A stretch of DNA of 32,000 nucleotides from Candidatus Heimdallarchaeota archaeon B3_Heim (lineage in GTDB: Archaea; Asgardarchaeota; Heimdallarchaeia; Hodarchaeales; Hodarchaeaceae): contig NJBF01000016.1 of NCBI GenBank assembly GCA_003144275.1, forward strand, positions 47,780 to 79,779. The letters are read 5' to 3'. Below are positions 1-9,190 of the stretch, one piece after another (the first letter of the stretch is position 1; every line of letters begins with the position of its first letter). The notes below the pieces were generated by a model. It made no database searches, was not told the origin of the DNA, and saw nothing but the letters and a program-made list of their open reading frames with translations. A program made the translations under genes and the position numbers.

Positions 1-2
1 TT

Positions 3-1151
3 GATCCTCCCTTCTATACTGGAACCAATGAATTGCTATATATCCCCGTTCAAAAAAGAGAAAGTTCAAATTTTATACAGAACAATAAGTCAGACATTTC
101 GATAAAAACGGTGGCTTATGAAAATGTATTTACGAGTAACACGCCAATAGAAGACTTTAAACTCTGGTTCAGAAAACGTATTATTCTAATGAGGTCGTTA
201 TTACGTCCAGATGGTTTTATATTTGTAAGATTTGATTATCATTTTGGTCATTATGCGAGGGAAGTTTTGAATGATATTTTTGGGCAGGAAAATTTTGAGA
301 TTGAATTTATTATCCGTCGTATGAAAAAGAATTTATCAGAAAAGCAGTTAAATCAACAGACTCACCTAATTGTGCATTCTGATTCGTTATTCGTTTATCG
401 TGGGAGCAAACAGGCAAAGCTTAGGCATGAAATGATAAAAAAGAGGAGCAGAAAGGGCCAAGATAAAGCAGAAATTGAATATTCCCATGATAATCTGTGG
501 ATTGACATTGCTGGATACCAAAAAGTAAAAAGAACTTTATATCCAACAGAAAATTCTGAAGCCTTATTAAAACGCATTATTGAAATTAGTACTTCAAAAG
601 GTGACATTATTGCTGATTTTTTTGCTGGGTCAGGGACTACACTCGCTATGGCAGAACAACATGACAGGAAATGGTTGGGTATTGACATTGGAATGTTATC
701 CATCAATGAAATACGGAAAAGATTATTGAAGATAGAGGGAAGGGAACCATTTGCATTTCATGAATTAATACTGAAACCTAATAGCCGTGAATCCGACAAA
801 AATAGGGAGTTTGGGATTAATATAAACGTCACCAAGCGTCCAATTGCTCAAGGGACTGAAATAGGAATAACATTAATAAATTTACTGCACTCCTCTCCGT
901 TGAGTAAATTACAACATTATTCATATTTAGACTTGATCGATTATTGGGAAATTGACTGGTATTATAATAAATCAATGGCAAATATAGGATGGTATTCTTA
1001 TAGGCAAATAATAAGAAAGGAGGTAGAAAAGACCATCGCAGTTTCCGCTAGTCATGAATATTCGCATTCTGGGGAATATAACATTTGGATAAATATCATT
1101 GATGTCTTTGGAAACTCTCATCAGAAGACAATTAAAATTGATTTACTATAA
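3..1151 (+). CDS. Beta-class amino-DNA methyltransferase (type III Mod-like), 5' end cut by the window edge
   Basis: The frame is open from nt 3 and reads D-P-P-F-Y-T-G (catalytic motif IV, nt 3-14) upstream of the tracked TTG at 33. Motif I 'DFFAGSGTT' comes later (IV-before-I = beta order). 'YPTENSEALLKRII' matches the usual YPTQKP..LL.RII. C-terminal 'IDYWEIDW...IIDVFGN' domain is typical of Mod-like MTases. Confidence 0.9.
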   Translation, partial: DPPFYTGTNELLYIPVQKRESSNFIQNNKSDISIKTVAYENVFTSNTPIEDFKLWFRKRIILMRSLLRPDGFIFVRFDYHFGHYAREVLNDIFGQENFEIEFIIRRMKKNLSEKQLNQQTHLIVHSDSLFVYRGSKQAKLRHEMIKKRSRKGQDKAEIEYSHDNLWIDIAGYQKVKRTLYPTENSEALLKRIIEISTSKGDIIADFFAGSGTTLAMAEQHDRKWLGIDIGMLSINEIRKRLLKIEGREPFAFHELILKPNSRESDKNREFGININVTKRPIAQGTEIGITLINLLHSSPLSKLQHYSYLDLIDYWEIDWYYNKSMANIGWYSYRQIIRKEVEKTIAVSASHEYSHSGEYNIWINIIDVFGNSHQKTIKIDLL

Positions 1152-1247
1152 GCTAAATTAACAAGAAAGATACACATAAACAATCTGGATAGATATATGT
1201 ATTTAAGACGTCTTATCATAAGTAATAAACTTTTGTAGGGTAGAATT

Positions 1248-1667
1248 ATGACCGTTATGCATTCAGAAATCGAATTACCTAGAACTTACGAAACAGATAT
1301 AATAGACATTACTAATAAAGTAGAAACTGCTGTTAAACATTCCAAAATTCAGGAAGGAATTGTTTCCATATTCAATGCAGGTTCTACTGGTGCTATCATC
1401 ACTTTGGAGTTTGAACCAGGCCTCTTGAAAGATATTCCCGAGTTTCTTGAACGAATTATTCCTAAATCAATGACTTATCATCATGAGCAAACGTGGCACG
1501 ATAATAACGGCCATAGTCATGTTCGTGCCTCCTTAATGGGTCCTTCTTTAACTGTACCAATCCATAAAGGTAAATTAATTCATGGGACTTGGCAACAAAT
1601 CGCTTTCCTTGAATTGGATGATAAACCTCGTGATAGGCATTTGATTCTAACAATAATTGGGGAATGA
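1248..1667 (+). CDS. yjbQ: YjbQ/UPF0047 family protein (secondary thiamine-phosphate synthase family)
   Basis: Family motifs 'DITNKV', 'GSTGAIITLEFEPGL', 'HHEQTWHDNNGHSHVRASLMGPS', 'GTWQQI..LELD'. Confidence 0.93.
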   Translation: MTVMHSEIELPRTYETDIIDITNKVETAVKHSKIQEGIVSIFNAGSTGAIITLEFEPGLLKDIPEFLERIIPKSMTYHHEQTWHDNNGHSHVRASLMGPSLTVPIHKGKLIHGTWQQIAFLELDDKPRDRHLILTIIGE

Positions 1668-1718
1668 TCTATCAGCTTGAAAATTCCTAATTAATCAACA
1701 GCCTTAAAAATATCCTAG

Positions 1719-2243
1719 ATAACCACAATTAAGCAAGTAAAGGATTATTCAAGGAAACAAGAAAATCGTTTACGCGAATTTCTTGAATTGAGATTAAGGA
1801 TTGTTTATCGAGTGACTGTGTTTGAGGATGCCCATGGGTACTTAAATAGCTCTATTAGGGTTTACGTAAACGCAACCACTACACTTGATAAGTTATTTGC
1901 TATTAAACTCGTGGTACTAAGCATGATCATCGCTGTTGATGCTTTGATGGAAGGTGTTGGAGCAAAATCAAATACTTCATTCCAAAGTCACTTTGAGGAT
2001 TCCAATTTCTTTTTACCACTGGCTGCATATGAACAACGTATCACAGAGTTGCAATTGCTTGAAGAACAAAATTCTCAAATCAAAGATTTATCATTAGCCA
2101 TACGTTTACAACAATCCATTCACACGTTAAAGTTTGTATATGGCAAACATGGTTTTCGATCGCTGTTGTCCTTGAACATTAAAGATTTTATCAATAACGC
2201 CATGTTTTTTATTTTAGAAATAAAAGAATTGGTGGAGACATAA
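1719..2243 (+). CDS. Hypothetical all-helical protein, possibly a degenerate HEPN fold; start uncertain (ATA 1719 or TTG 1788)
   Basis: The frame is open from the TAG at 1716-1718, adding 'ITTIKQVKDYSRKQENRLREFLE' before the tracked start. It fills the yjbQ-tfb gap. The helical pattern and 'RLQQSIH' (R-x5-H) are reminiscent of HEPN. Confidence 0.6.
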   Translation: MTTIKQVKDYSRKQENRLREFLELRLRIVYRVTVFEDAHGYLNSSIRVYVNATTTLDKLFAIKLVVLSMIIAVDALMEGVGAKSNTSFQSHFEDSNFFLPLAAYEQRITELQLLEEQNSQIKDLSLAIRLQQSIHTLKFVYGKHGFRSLLSLNIKDFINNAMFFILEIKELVET

Positions 2244-2274
2244 GCTTCACCTGTTGTGATCTAAACTGAAGAAT

Positions 2275-3273
2275 TTATGCGTTTGCAGATTTCATTTTCT
2301 TGCGTACCCAAGCGGTGGGGTCTTGAATTATGACTGGTTTTGCAGCTGCCCCTCGTTTTACTTCAAATTTTTCCATCCCAAGTCCTCGTGCAAGCTCTTT
2401 GAAGCGATTTCTGATGGTGACGGGAGTAGTTCTTGCTGGAATAGCAATTTGTTGCTGAGTACGACGCTCACCAGTCTGAATGGAGGCAATATAGATTGCT
2501 GCTGCTGCTAATGACATTGGTATCTTCCCTATGGTTAATTTTTTATCACGAGCTTCGACTAGGATATCAATAGCGATTTTACGAGTATACATTGTTAATC
2601 CGAGATTTTCTCCAAGACGGTTAACCAGAGTGATTGGATCCGTAGTAGATTTATTCATATTCACATTTTGGAGGAAAATTCGAATGCATCTACCTAATTC
2701 CTTAGAAGTTATATTAGCAACTTCAGAAGTATCTTTTAAAGTAATAGCGGTTCCTTTTTTACGACAAGCCAAATATATGGCCGCACTCATCATACCAATT
2801 ACCGATCGCCCTTTAATGAGATCTTTTTTGAGAGCTAATTTGTAGATATGGACAGCTGTTTCACATGTGTCATCAGATAAATTTAAATGCGATCTAATGC
2901 GTTTTAATTCCATTAATGCATTTTTTAAGTTTCGAGTAGTCCGATCTTGGATCCTTTCATCCATTACAGTTAAACGAGCGAATTTTGCTTGTGCTTCTGT
3001 GTTCAAGGATTTACCATAGGAATCCTTCGATTTACCTCCAATAACGGTTCGTAACTCATTATTGTTTAACAAAGTCGTAGGTAATCCAACTCTGACTCTA
3101 GATTTTTCTTCTTGAGCATTATACGCTCGCCATTCAGGTTCATGACTGAAAATCGCGCTATTAGCTACTAAACCACATTCTGCGCATATGATTTCACCAC
3201 GTTGATCGTCATAAACCATAGCAAGACTCTTACATTCATTACAGCTCTCGTAAGCCAAATTAAAACTCTCCAA
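2275..3273 (-). CDS. tfb: Transcription initiation factor IIB (archaeal TFB)
   Basis: N-terminal Zn ribbon CNEC...CAECG, B-reader 'EPEWRAY...RVG.P', two cyclin repeats ('LIKGRS', 'AAIYLACR', 'AAAAIYIAS', 'TPVTIRNRFKEL'). Confidence 0.97.
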   Translation of the reverse strand: MESFNLAYESCNECKSLAMVYDDQRGEIICAECGLVANSAIFSHEPEWRAYNAQEEKSRVRVGLPTTLLNNNELRTVIGGKSKDSYGKSLNTEAQAKFARLTVMDERIQDRTTRNLKNALMELKRIRSHLNLSDDTCETAVHIYKLALKKDLIKGRSVIGMMSAAIYLACRKKGTAITLKDTSEVANITSKELGRCIRIFLQNVNMNKSTTDPITLVNRLGENLGLTMYTRKIAIDILVEARDKKLTIGKIPMSLAAAAIYIASIQTGERRTQQQIAIPARTTPVTIRNRFKELARGLGMEKFEVKRGAAAKPVIIQDPTAWVRKKMKSANA

Positions 3274-3404
3274 AGGTATAAATCGATACGAAGTAATTCA
3301 TCTGTATCACAATTGTCGTTGAATCATTCACGAAAAATAGCTTATAAAAAGATACCTAGAGAGAATATCCTTAATATACGTAAATAATGTGTTAATTATG
3401 TGTA

Positions 3405-3412
3405 TATATAAA
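3405..3412 (-). promoter_or_regulatory. Candidate TATA box (TTTATATA on the minus strand) upstream of tfb
   Basis: Matches the archaeal TATA consensus about 130 nt upstream of the tfb start, but in AT-rich DNA where chance matches are common. Confidence 0.25.
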
Positions 3413-3713
3413 TGAAATGTAAACTCTCCCTCTCACTAGCAAAATGAGTAGATGTAGATCTCCACTCTTTATCGTGTTTATATTGAAAATTGTTAACATC
3501 AATTGGTAAAATTGAAGAGGAATGGATCTTCTCTTAATAAATATGGTTGGAAAGCCGAATTACGATCTTTTTGATAAGAAGAAATTACATACAAAAATAT
3601 TGTTGAAATTAGATTGTCTGATCTCGTTTCAATATACAGAAGAGATAGAAATAATTTCTTCTCTTATTTCTTAATCAGAAGTTGAGATACACAAAAGGTA
3701 AGAGATAATTTTC

Positions 3714-4151
3714 CTATATTTCATCGTCCATACAGATTTTACAATTTTCGTGGGTAATTCCATATTGTCGGTGAAATTTACACAAAAATTTGCCGTTATC
3801 TATAAATTTTAGAATTCGTTGGACTTCACGTGGGGCGTAGCTATCTTCCTCTGCAATTCGGCGTGCAGACTCAAGGATTTCAGTCATTACCTCTGGCTCA
3901 AAGGTAACTTTGTTCCCACGAGTATTCTTTTTCCCTTCCTTATCCTTATATTGTGAGATAGCTGGTTCTGTGAGCCTGAATTTTTTAGCAATTTCTGTTT
4001 GAGGCATGTGATGTTCATTAATAAGCGTATTTGTTAGCACGCGACGGATGGCAGGAAGAACGTACCATACAATTACCTCTTGGGGTTGTACGAGTTTTTT
4101 CAACCGTTTGGGCCCTGTTTTAGTATTAGTTTTAGTACCGGACATATCCAT
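3714..4151 (-). CDS. Archaeal XRE-type HTH transcriptional regulator (COG2522-like) with a C-terminal Cys/His cluster
   Basis: 'PQEVIVWYVLPAIRR', HTH 'QTEIAKKFRLTEPAISQY', 'RG', C-terminal 'CKFH...C..C'. Confidence 0.85.
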   Translation of the reverse strand: MDMSGTKTNTKTGPKRLKKLVQPQEVIVWYVLPAIRRVLTNTLINEHHMPQTEIAKKFRLTEPAISQYKDKEGKKNTRGNKVTFEPEVMTEILESARRIAEEDSYAPREVQRILKFIDNGKFLCKFHRQYGITHENCKICMDDEI

Positions 4152-4318
4152 TCAAATCAAGAGGGATTTCCAAGAAAGATTAACAATCGTTATTCTGTGT
4201 TAGTCAACTCAAGATCAGATTTAAAAACCTTTTTAGAAGAAGGCCGTCAGATATAGACTAAAAAAAGACAATACTCAAATAAAGAACTGTAGAATCTCAT
4301 AATGTCAGAGATTTTTCT

Positions 4319-5674
4319 TTGAATGAATATATATCATCGGATGTGAGAATTATACAACAAATGGAGTCAGAATTAATGGAACCAAGAGGGGAGTGTATTC
4401 TTATACTTCCATATCCGAATACAAAGAATGATCTGTTTCTAAATAATGAAATGCGACTACTAGTGAAGTCATCTAATTATAAAATTATGGAAGAGGTCCA
4501 ATTACGGATAAATAATCCCAAGTATCTATTTTCACCCAGTCAACTTGTCGATTTAAAATACAAGATTGGAGAGCAAATAGATTCAATCATAATTGTAGGA
4601 GTGCATTTATCAGCTAAACAGCATATTAATCTGGAAGAAAAACTAGAATGTTTGATAATTGATAAATTTGAATTAGTTCTTGAGATTTTTGCACTCAGAG
4701 CCATGATGGAAGAAGCTAAGATACAGATTAAATTGGCTCAGCTTAAATATGAAAGTCCTCGGCAAAGATTGAGGTTGATGAATCGTTTAAGCATAGGTGG
4801 GGCATGGCATACAGAACGTGCAGGATTTCGCGGAACAGGAGAAAATCCGTTACATGAATTTGATGCAGGGACTAAAAAACGTGAGGCCCACCTAAAAGGA
4901 AAGCTTGCATTATTGAAGCAACAACGTGTAGAACGAAGATTGAATCGCAAGAGGTATCACCATGATAGCTTATATGTGAGCATTGTTGGTTATACTTCTG
5001 CTGGAAAATCAACTTTGTTAAATGCATTAACAAAAACCAATGCAGCCAGTGTTAGTTCTCGACTCTTTGAAACCCTGGATACCCGTATCAGAAGCTTTGT
5101 ACTAGATGATCTGAAAATCTTTGTTACAGATACTGTAGGATTCATAGAAGACTTACCCACATTTTTGATTGATTCTTTCAGATCTACTCTTGAAGAAAGT
5201 TTAGCTGCAGATATAATATTGATAGTAATAGACGCTAGTGAATCATCGTTAGATTTAATTCTTCAAAAGTTAAACGTTACAATTAATACAATAAATGAAA
5301 TCAACCCTCAAAATAATCGTGTGCTAGTCATCAATAAAATAGACTTATTAACAGAAAACGAACTTGAAACACGGGAAAATCTTCTGAAAGAACATTTTCC
5401 AGAATATGAAATAGTTTGCATCTCAGCAAAGGAAAGAATTGAACCTTTAACAAGAGTAATTGAGAAATTTCGTCCTAAAAAGAGTTATTTAATTAAATAC
5501 ACACCCAGTTTTATTTTTCGATCCTTTTGTCATGAATTTGCTACAGTTGAAAAGGAAGTATTTGGCGATCACTGGTCAATGATCTTCTCCATTCGTAAGC
5601 CAACATACGGTCTCGACTTTATAAAACGGAAAGCAGAGACTCTTCAAGTTTCAATTGAAATAGAGGCTGCGTAG
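4319..5674 (+). CDS. hflX: GTPase HflX
   Basis: 'EAKIQIKLAQLKYESPR', 'GFRGTGE', G1 'GYTSAGKST', G2 'FETLDT', G3 'DTVGFI', G4 'NKID', G5 'ISAK'. Starts at TTG. Confidence 0.95.
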   Translation: MNEYISSDVRIIQQMESELMEPRGECILILPYPNTKNDLFLNNEMRLLVKSSNYKIMEEVQLRINNPKYLFSPSQLVDLKYKIGEQIDSIIIVGVHLSAKQHINLEEKLECLIIDKFELVLEIFALRAMMEEAKIQIKLAQLKYESPRQRLRLMNRLSIGGAWHTERAGFRGTGENPLHEFDAGTKKREAHLKGKLALLKQQRVERRLNRKRYHHDSLYVSIVGYTSAGKSTLLNALTKTNAASVSSRLFETLDTRIRSFVLDDLKIFVTDTVGFIEDLPTFLIDSFRSTLEESLAADIILIVIDASESSLDLILQKLNVTINTINEINPQNNRVLVINKIDLLTENELETRENLLKEHFPEYEIVCISAKERIEPLTRVIEKFRPKKSYLIKYTPSFIFRSFCHEFATVEKEVFGDHWSMIFSIRKPTYGLDFIKRKAETLQVSIEIEAA

Positions 5675-5678
5675 AAGT

Positions 5679-6872
5679 ATGAAGGACCGGTCTATTAGTG
5701 TAAGTTTCTTTACTTCCATTTGGATACTAATTCTTACTAGTTTTTTAAGTCAGCCTATATTCGTTCATGCCTTGAGTGCATCATATTATTGGAACCTGCA
5801 GGAAGTGGGTATACCGGGTGCATGGATGTATTCCCAAGGATCCTCAGAGATTACTGTTGCTATAATTGATTCAGGCGTAGATTTTACTCACCCTGATTTA
5901 CAAAACTCGAGGTGGGAGAATCCAGGAGAAATTCCCAATAATGGTTGGGACGACGATAACAACGGATATATTGATGATTATGTGGGATGGGATTTTCAGG
6001 ACAATGATAATAATCCATCACCTCCTCTTCCCCCTGTGATCGGGAGTAAGCATGGAACTTTTATCGCAGGTTTAATAGCCGCAGATGATGATGATGATAT
6101 CTTTGTAGGTGTTGCTCCTTCTGTCAAGATTATGTCGTTACGTTTTCTTCGTCCTGATCTTAGCTTCTTTGTATCAGATTGGCCAAAATTAGTAGGTGCT
6201 ATTAATTATGCAGTTGAACAAGGAGCATTAATCATTAATCTATCCCTACAAGCAAATGGGATCCCTCCAAATGAAGTTTATGAGGCTATCCAGAATGCAT
6301 ACCGAGCAGGGGTTATCATCGTAGGTGTAACAGGTAATAATAAAAATTATGTGACTTATCCAGGTAATTATAGTGAGGTAATCGCTGTTTCAGCAACAAC
6401 AAGCTCCCAAGTCATTGCTGATTTTTCTGCACCTGGGCAGCAAAATGAGATTTGTGCCCCAGGAGATGACGTATATTCAATTACTGGATATAATTCATCC
6501 GTTGTTCTTGGTTCTGGAACTTCTTATGCTACTCCTCTAGTTTCAGGGTCAGTTGCTTTAATGTTATCCTTAAATCCTGTTTTAACAACTGAAGAAATAC
6601 GAATGATTTTACATGAATCGTCTGTTGATTTAGGAGAAGAAGGAAAAGATCTTATATATGGCTATGGCTTATTAAATATTACTTCTGCATTAGAACGAGT
6701 TGTTTCAAATTTCAATACTTCATCCGTGGATGTTAATTCGACTAGTTCATCAGCTAATTCTTCTCCATTCAACAAAATGGAATCCGATTTGGTTGTATTA
6801 GGTATTGCATATGCTCTTTTGTTGAGCATTGTCATAGTTCTTATTATTAAGAAAGAAATAATCAAATCTTGA
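5679..6872 (+). CDS. Secreted, membrane-anchored S8 (subtilisin-like) serine peptidase
   Basis: Catalytic triad motifs 'IIDSG', 'HGTFIAG', 'GTSYATP'. Ca-binding loop 'NGWDDDNNGYIDD..GWDF'. N-terminal signal peptide, Ser/Asn-rich linker, C-terminal TM helix followed by KK. Confidence 0.95.
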   Translation: MKDRSISVSFFTSIWILILTSFLSQPIFVHALSASYYWNLQEVGIPGAWMYSQGSSEITVAIIDSGVDFTHPDLQNSRWENPGEIPNNGWDDDNNGYIDDYVGWDFQDNDNNPSPPLPPVIGSKHGTFIAGLIAADDDDDIFVGVAPSVKIMSLRFLRPDLSFFVSDWPKLVGAINYAVEQGALIINLSLQANGIPPNEVYEAIQNAYRAGVIIVGVTGNNKNYVTYPGNYSEVIAVSATTSSQVIADFSAPGQQNEICAPGDDVYSITGYNSSVVLGSGTSYATPLVSGSVALMLSLNPVLTTEEIRMILHESSVDLGEEGKDLIYGYGLLNITSALERVVSNFNTSSVDVNSTSSSANSSPFNKMESDLVVLGIAYALLLSIVIVLIIKKEIIKS

Positions 6873-6886
6873 AATTAAATACCTGC

Positions 6887-8059
6887 TTATTTTTTACCAC
6901 ATTTAACTTTGGTGATTAGATCTGCAACCTCTAGAAGATCAGACGTAAGTGGTACAAGCTTCTTCCGAACTCCTTCAGTAAATGCGACTGATCCTATCTC
7001 AGTTCCATTGAGGCATGCCATTTGTCCAAAATTGTTTTCGATTACAAGTTTTACTGCTTGTACCCCTAATCGAAGTCCCAAAATTCTGTCAAAGGAATTA
7101 GGAGTTCCAGCTCGCATTGTGTGGCCAAGAGTAACCTCACGAATATCATACTCGGCATCTTTTTTTATGAAGTATTCCCGAAGTTTATCTTGATTGTTTA
7201 ATTCCCTTACAAGGATTTTAGACATGTTTAATTTTGCGAGTAGCGGGTTTCCAAAGTCATCTTTTGGTAATTCATCAATATCTTGGGGTGAAATTGTTGT
7301 AAAGTCACGTTCTAAAGATTCTTCTGTTGGAATAGCCCCTTCACTGCAAGCAATAATGTGATATTTACGTCCAGTGTCAACACGATCTTTCAAAATCTTA
7401 ATAATATCATTTTGTAAATCAAATGGTTTTTCTGGAATTAACATGATATCTGTACCAGCAGAAATTCCGCTCACTAATGTTAACCACCCTGCATCACGGC
7501 CCATTACTTCAACAATGAATATACGTTGATGTGAGCGAGCTGTAGTCGTAATGTTGTCCATTGTGTTAGAAGCAAGTTGAATTGCAGACCAGAAACCGAA
7601 TGTATAGTCAGTACTGGATAGGTCATTGTCAATCGTTTTTGGAACACCAATAACGTTTGCTCCAGCAAACTTATACATAGCTGCAGCAACTCCTAACGTG
7701 TCATCCCCGCCAATTGTAATGAGTGCGTCAAGTTTTAATTTTTTAACTTGAGAAGCCATCATTTCTGCTGTGTTTTTAATAGCTTTTTCTCGTTCAATGG
7801 GATTCTGAATATTTTTGCTCTTTTTGTACGGATTAGTGCGGGATGTGTAAATCAATGTGCCTCCAACAGTGTGCAGATCATCGAGAGTTGAAACATCTAA
7901 TTCTCGCGTACGATTCTCTAAAAACCCCTTCCATCCCTTCTCAATACCAATAACGTTGTAACCAGCATCTGCAGCCTTTAAAAGGATACCATAAATCACA
8001 CTGTTCAATCCTGGACAATCTCCTCCACCAGTTAAAATACCTATAGTTTTTGACATCAT
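6887..8059 (-). CDS. pfp: PfkA-family 6-phosphofructokinase, predicted PPi-dependent
   Basis: 'GGGDCPGLN', 'GGDDT', 'PKTIDND', 'MGRDAGW', 'LGHTMRAG'. The Asp in GGDD plus the Lys in PKTIDND is the PPi-type signature. Confidence 0.9.
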   Translation of the reverse strand: MMSKTIGILTGGGDCPGLNSVIYGILLKAADAGYNVIGIEKGWKGFLENRTRELDVSTLDDLHTVGGTLIYTSRTNPYKKSKNIQNPIEREKAIKNTAEMMASQVKKLKLDALITIGGDDTLGVAAAMYKFAGANVIGVPKTIDNDLSSTDYTFGFWSAIQLASNTMDNITTTARSHQRIFIVEVMGRDAGWLTLVSGISAGTDIMLIPEKPFDLQNDIIKILKDRVDTGRKYHIIACSEGAIPTEESLERDFTTISPQDIDELPKDDFGNPLLAKLNMSKILVRELNNQDKLREYFIKKDAEYDIREVTLGHTMRAGTPNSFDRILGLRLGVQAVKLVIENNFGQMACLNGTEIGSVAFTEGVRKKLVPLTSDLLEVADLITKVKCGKK

Positions 8060-8190
8060 ACATCGATCCGCTGAGTACCTTCAACAGGATATGTAGATTT
8101 ACCGTGATGAAATTAATACTTCTCTCTACCATTACTGGTACTGGAAATTACAATTGAAAGAAAAAAAGGAGAAAGGGAGGTTTATTCCAC

Positions 8191-9021
8191 TTATCGTAGT
8201 TTCCCATAACAATGTGGGCAAAAAAACGCGTTATTGGGTACTTGTTTTCCACAGAACTTACACCCAGCTTGTGCCCCTCCTTTAGGTACCGCCTTTTTCA
8301 CAACAGTTCTTTTTTGTGTAGGTTGACCTTTTGTAGAGGAAATAGCCATCTTTGGTCGCTTCTTGTTTGTACTAGGTTTAGCTCCACCTGATCCACCACT
8401 CCATTGGAGTGTAGGTTCCCATCCACCTGCGGGAGCAGCTCTTTTTCTTTTAACTTTTGGTGCCTTGCCTTGTCTTAAACCAACCACGGTCACAATAACG
8501 CCACTTAAAGCAAGTAATACTGGCGTAAGAATCCCTAAAAATTGAACAATCACAACTCGGCGGGTAAAAATCCTAATTGGCGATGATCCTGTATTTGATA
8601 CCCTGATAAATACGTTTGCCTCCTCTCCTTGTGAAAGAGGATCAAAAAATGATAGAGAAATTTGTTTACTTGACGTTCCTTCTGGTTTATCATAACTTCT
8701 TGTGGTACCAGCAAGAGATGCACCAGTTGGGAAACTATTAGTCTTGAATATAAGTGAAAATTCACAAGAGTAAGCAGCATCAGCAGAAAAGATGAAAATA
8801 ACCTTTAAATTTAACATTAACGGCGATGCAGGTATCCTCCCGACTTCTACTTCCCCTGCAAGGTTACCAGCAGATATTGTCACTTCGTTAGTTAAATCCG
8901 ATGTTCTTCCCCCAAAAGGTGGAAAAACAATCCATGCAACATTAAATAATGAAAAGACTATAACTCCGATGATTACTAATCCAATTCCCAGAACACTTAA
9001 TTTCGACGCCATTTTTACCAC
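8191..9021 (-). CDS. Two-TM membrane protein with a Lys/Pro/Gly-rich tail and a C-terminal zinc ribbon
   Basis: TM1 'LSVLGIGLVIIGVIVFSLFNVAWIVF', beta-rich loop, TM2 'FLGILTPVLLALSGVIVTVVGL', basic low-complexity linker, 'CKFC...CPHC'. Likely ATG start at 9012. Confidence 0.8.
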   Translation of the reverse strand: MVKMASKLSVLGIGLVIIGVIVFSLFNVAWIVFPPFGGRTSDLTNEVTISAGNLAGEVEVGRIPASPLMLNLKVIFIFSADAAYSCEFSLIFKTNSFPTGASLAGTTRSYDKPEGTSSKQISLSFFDPLSQGEEANVFIRVSNTGSSPIRIFTRRVVIVQFLGILTPVLLALSGVIVTVVGLRQGKAPKVKRKRAAPAGGWEPTLQWSGGSGGAKPSTNKKRPKMAISSTKGQPTQKRTVVKKAVPKGGAQAGCKFCGKQVPNNAFFCPHCYGKLR

Positions 9022-9190
9022 TCAAACATCGTTAAATCCGTGTATTTTTTTGACTTAAATACTTACTATTGGAATTTTACTTGGAGGTTAAATAAATATT
9101 TCGAATTTCACAAGTAATTTCCTCCTGAAATCGAAAGGCATAAATGATTCAAAAATGAAAATCTTTCAATAATCTTGATGAGGTCTTGCT

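Noticed and set aside
3202-3387. 61-aa ORF spanning the tfb start and upstream region
   Set aside because: Overlaps tfb on the opposite strand, has no recognisable features, and occupies the likely promoter.
3640-3665. Imperfect palindrome aagaga-t-agaaat-a-atttct-tctctt downstream of the HTH gene
   Set aside because: Low-complexity purine/pyrimidine tract with a 1-nt centre; it could be an operator or terminator but cannot be told from chance.
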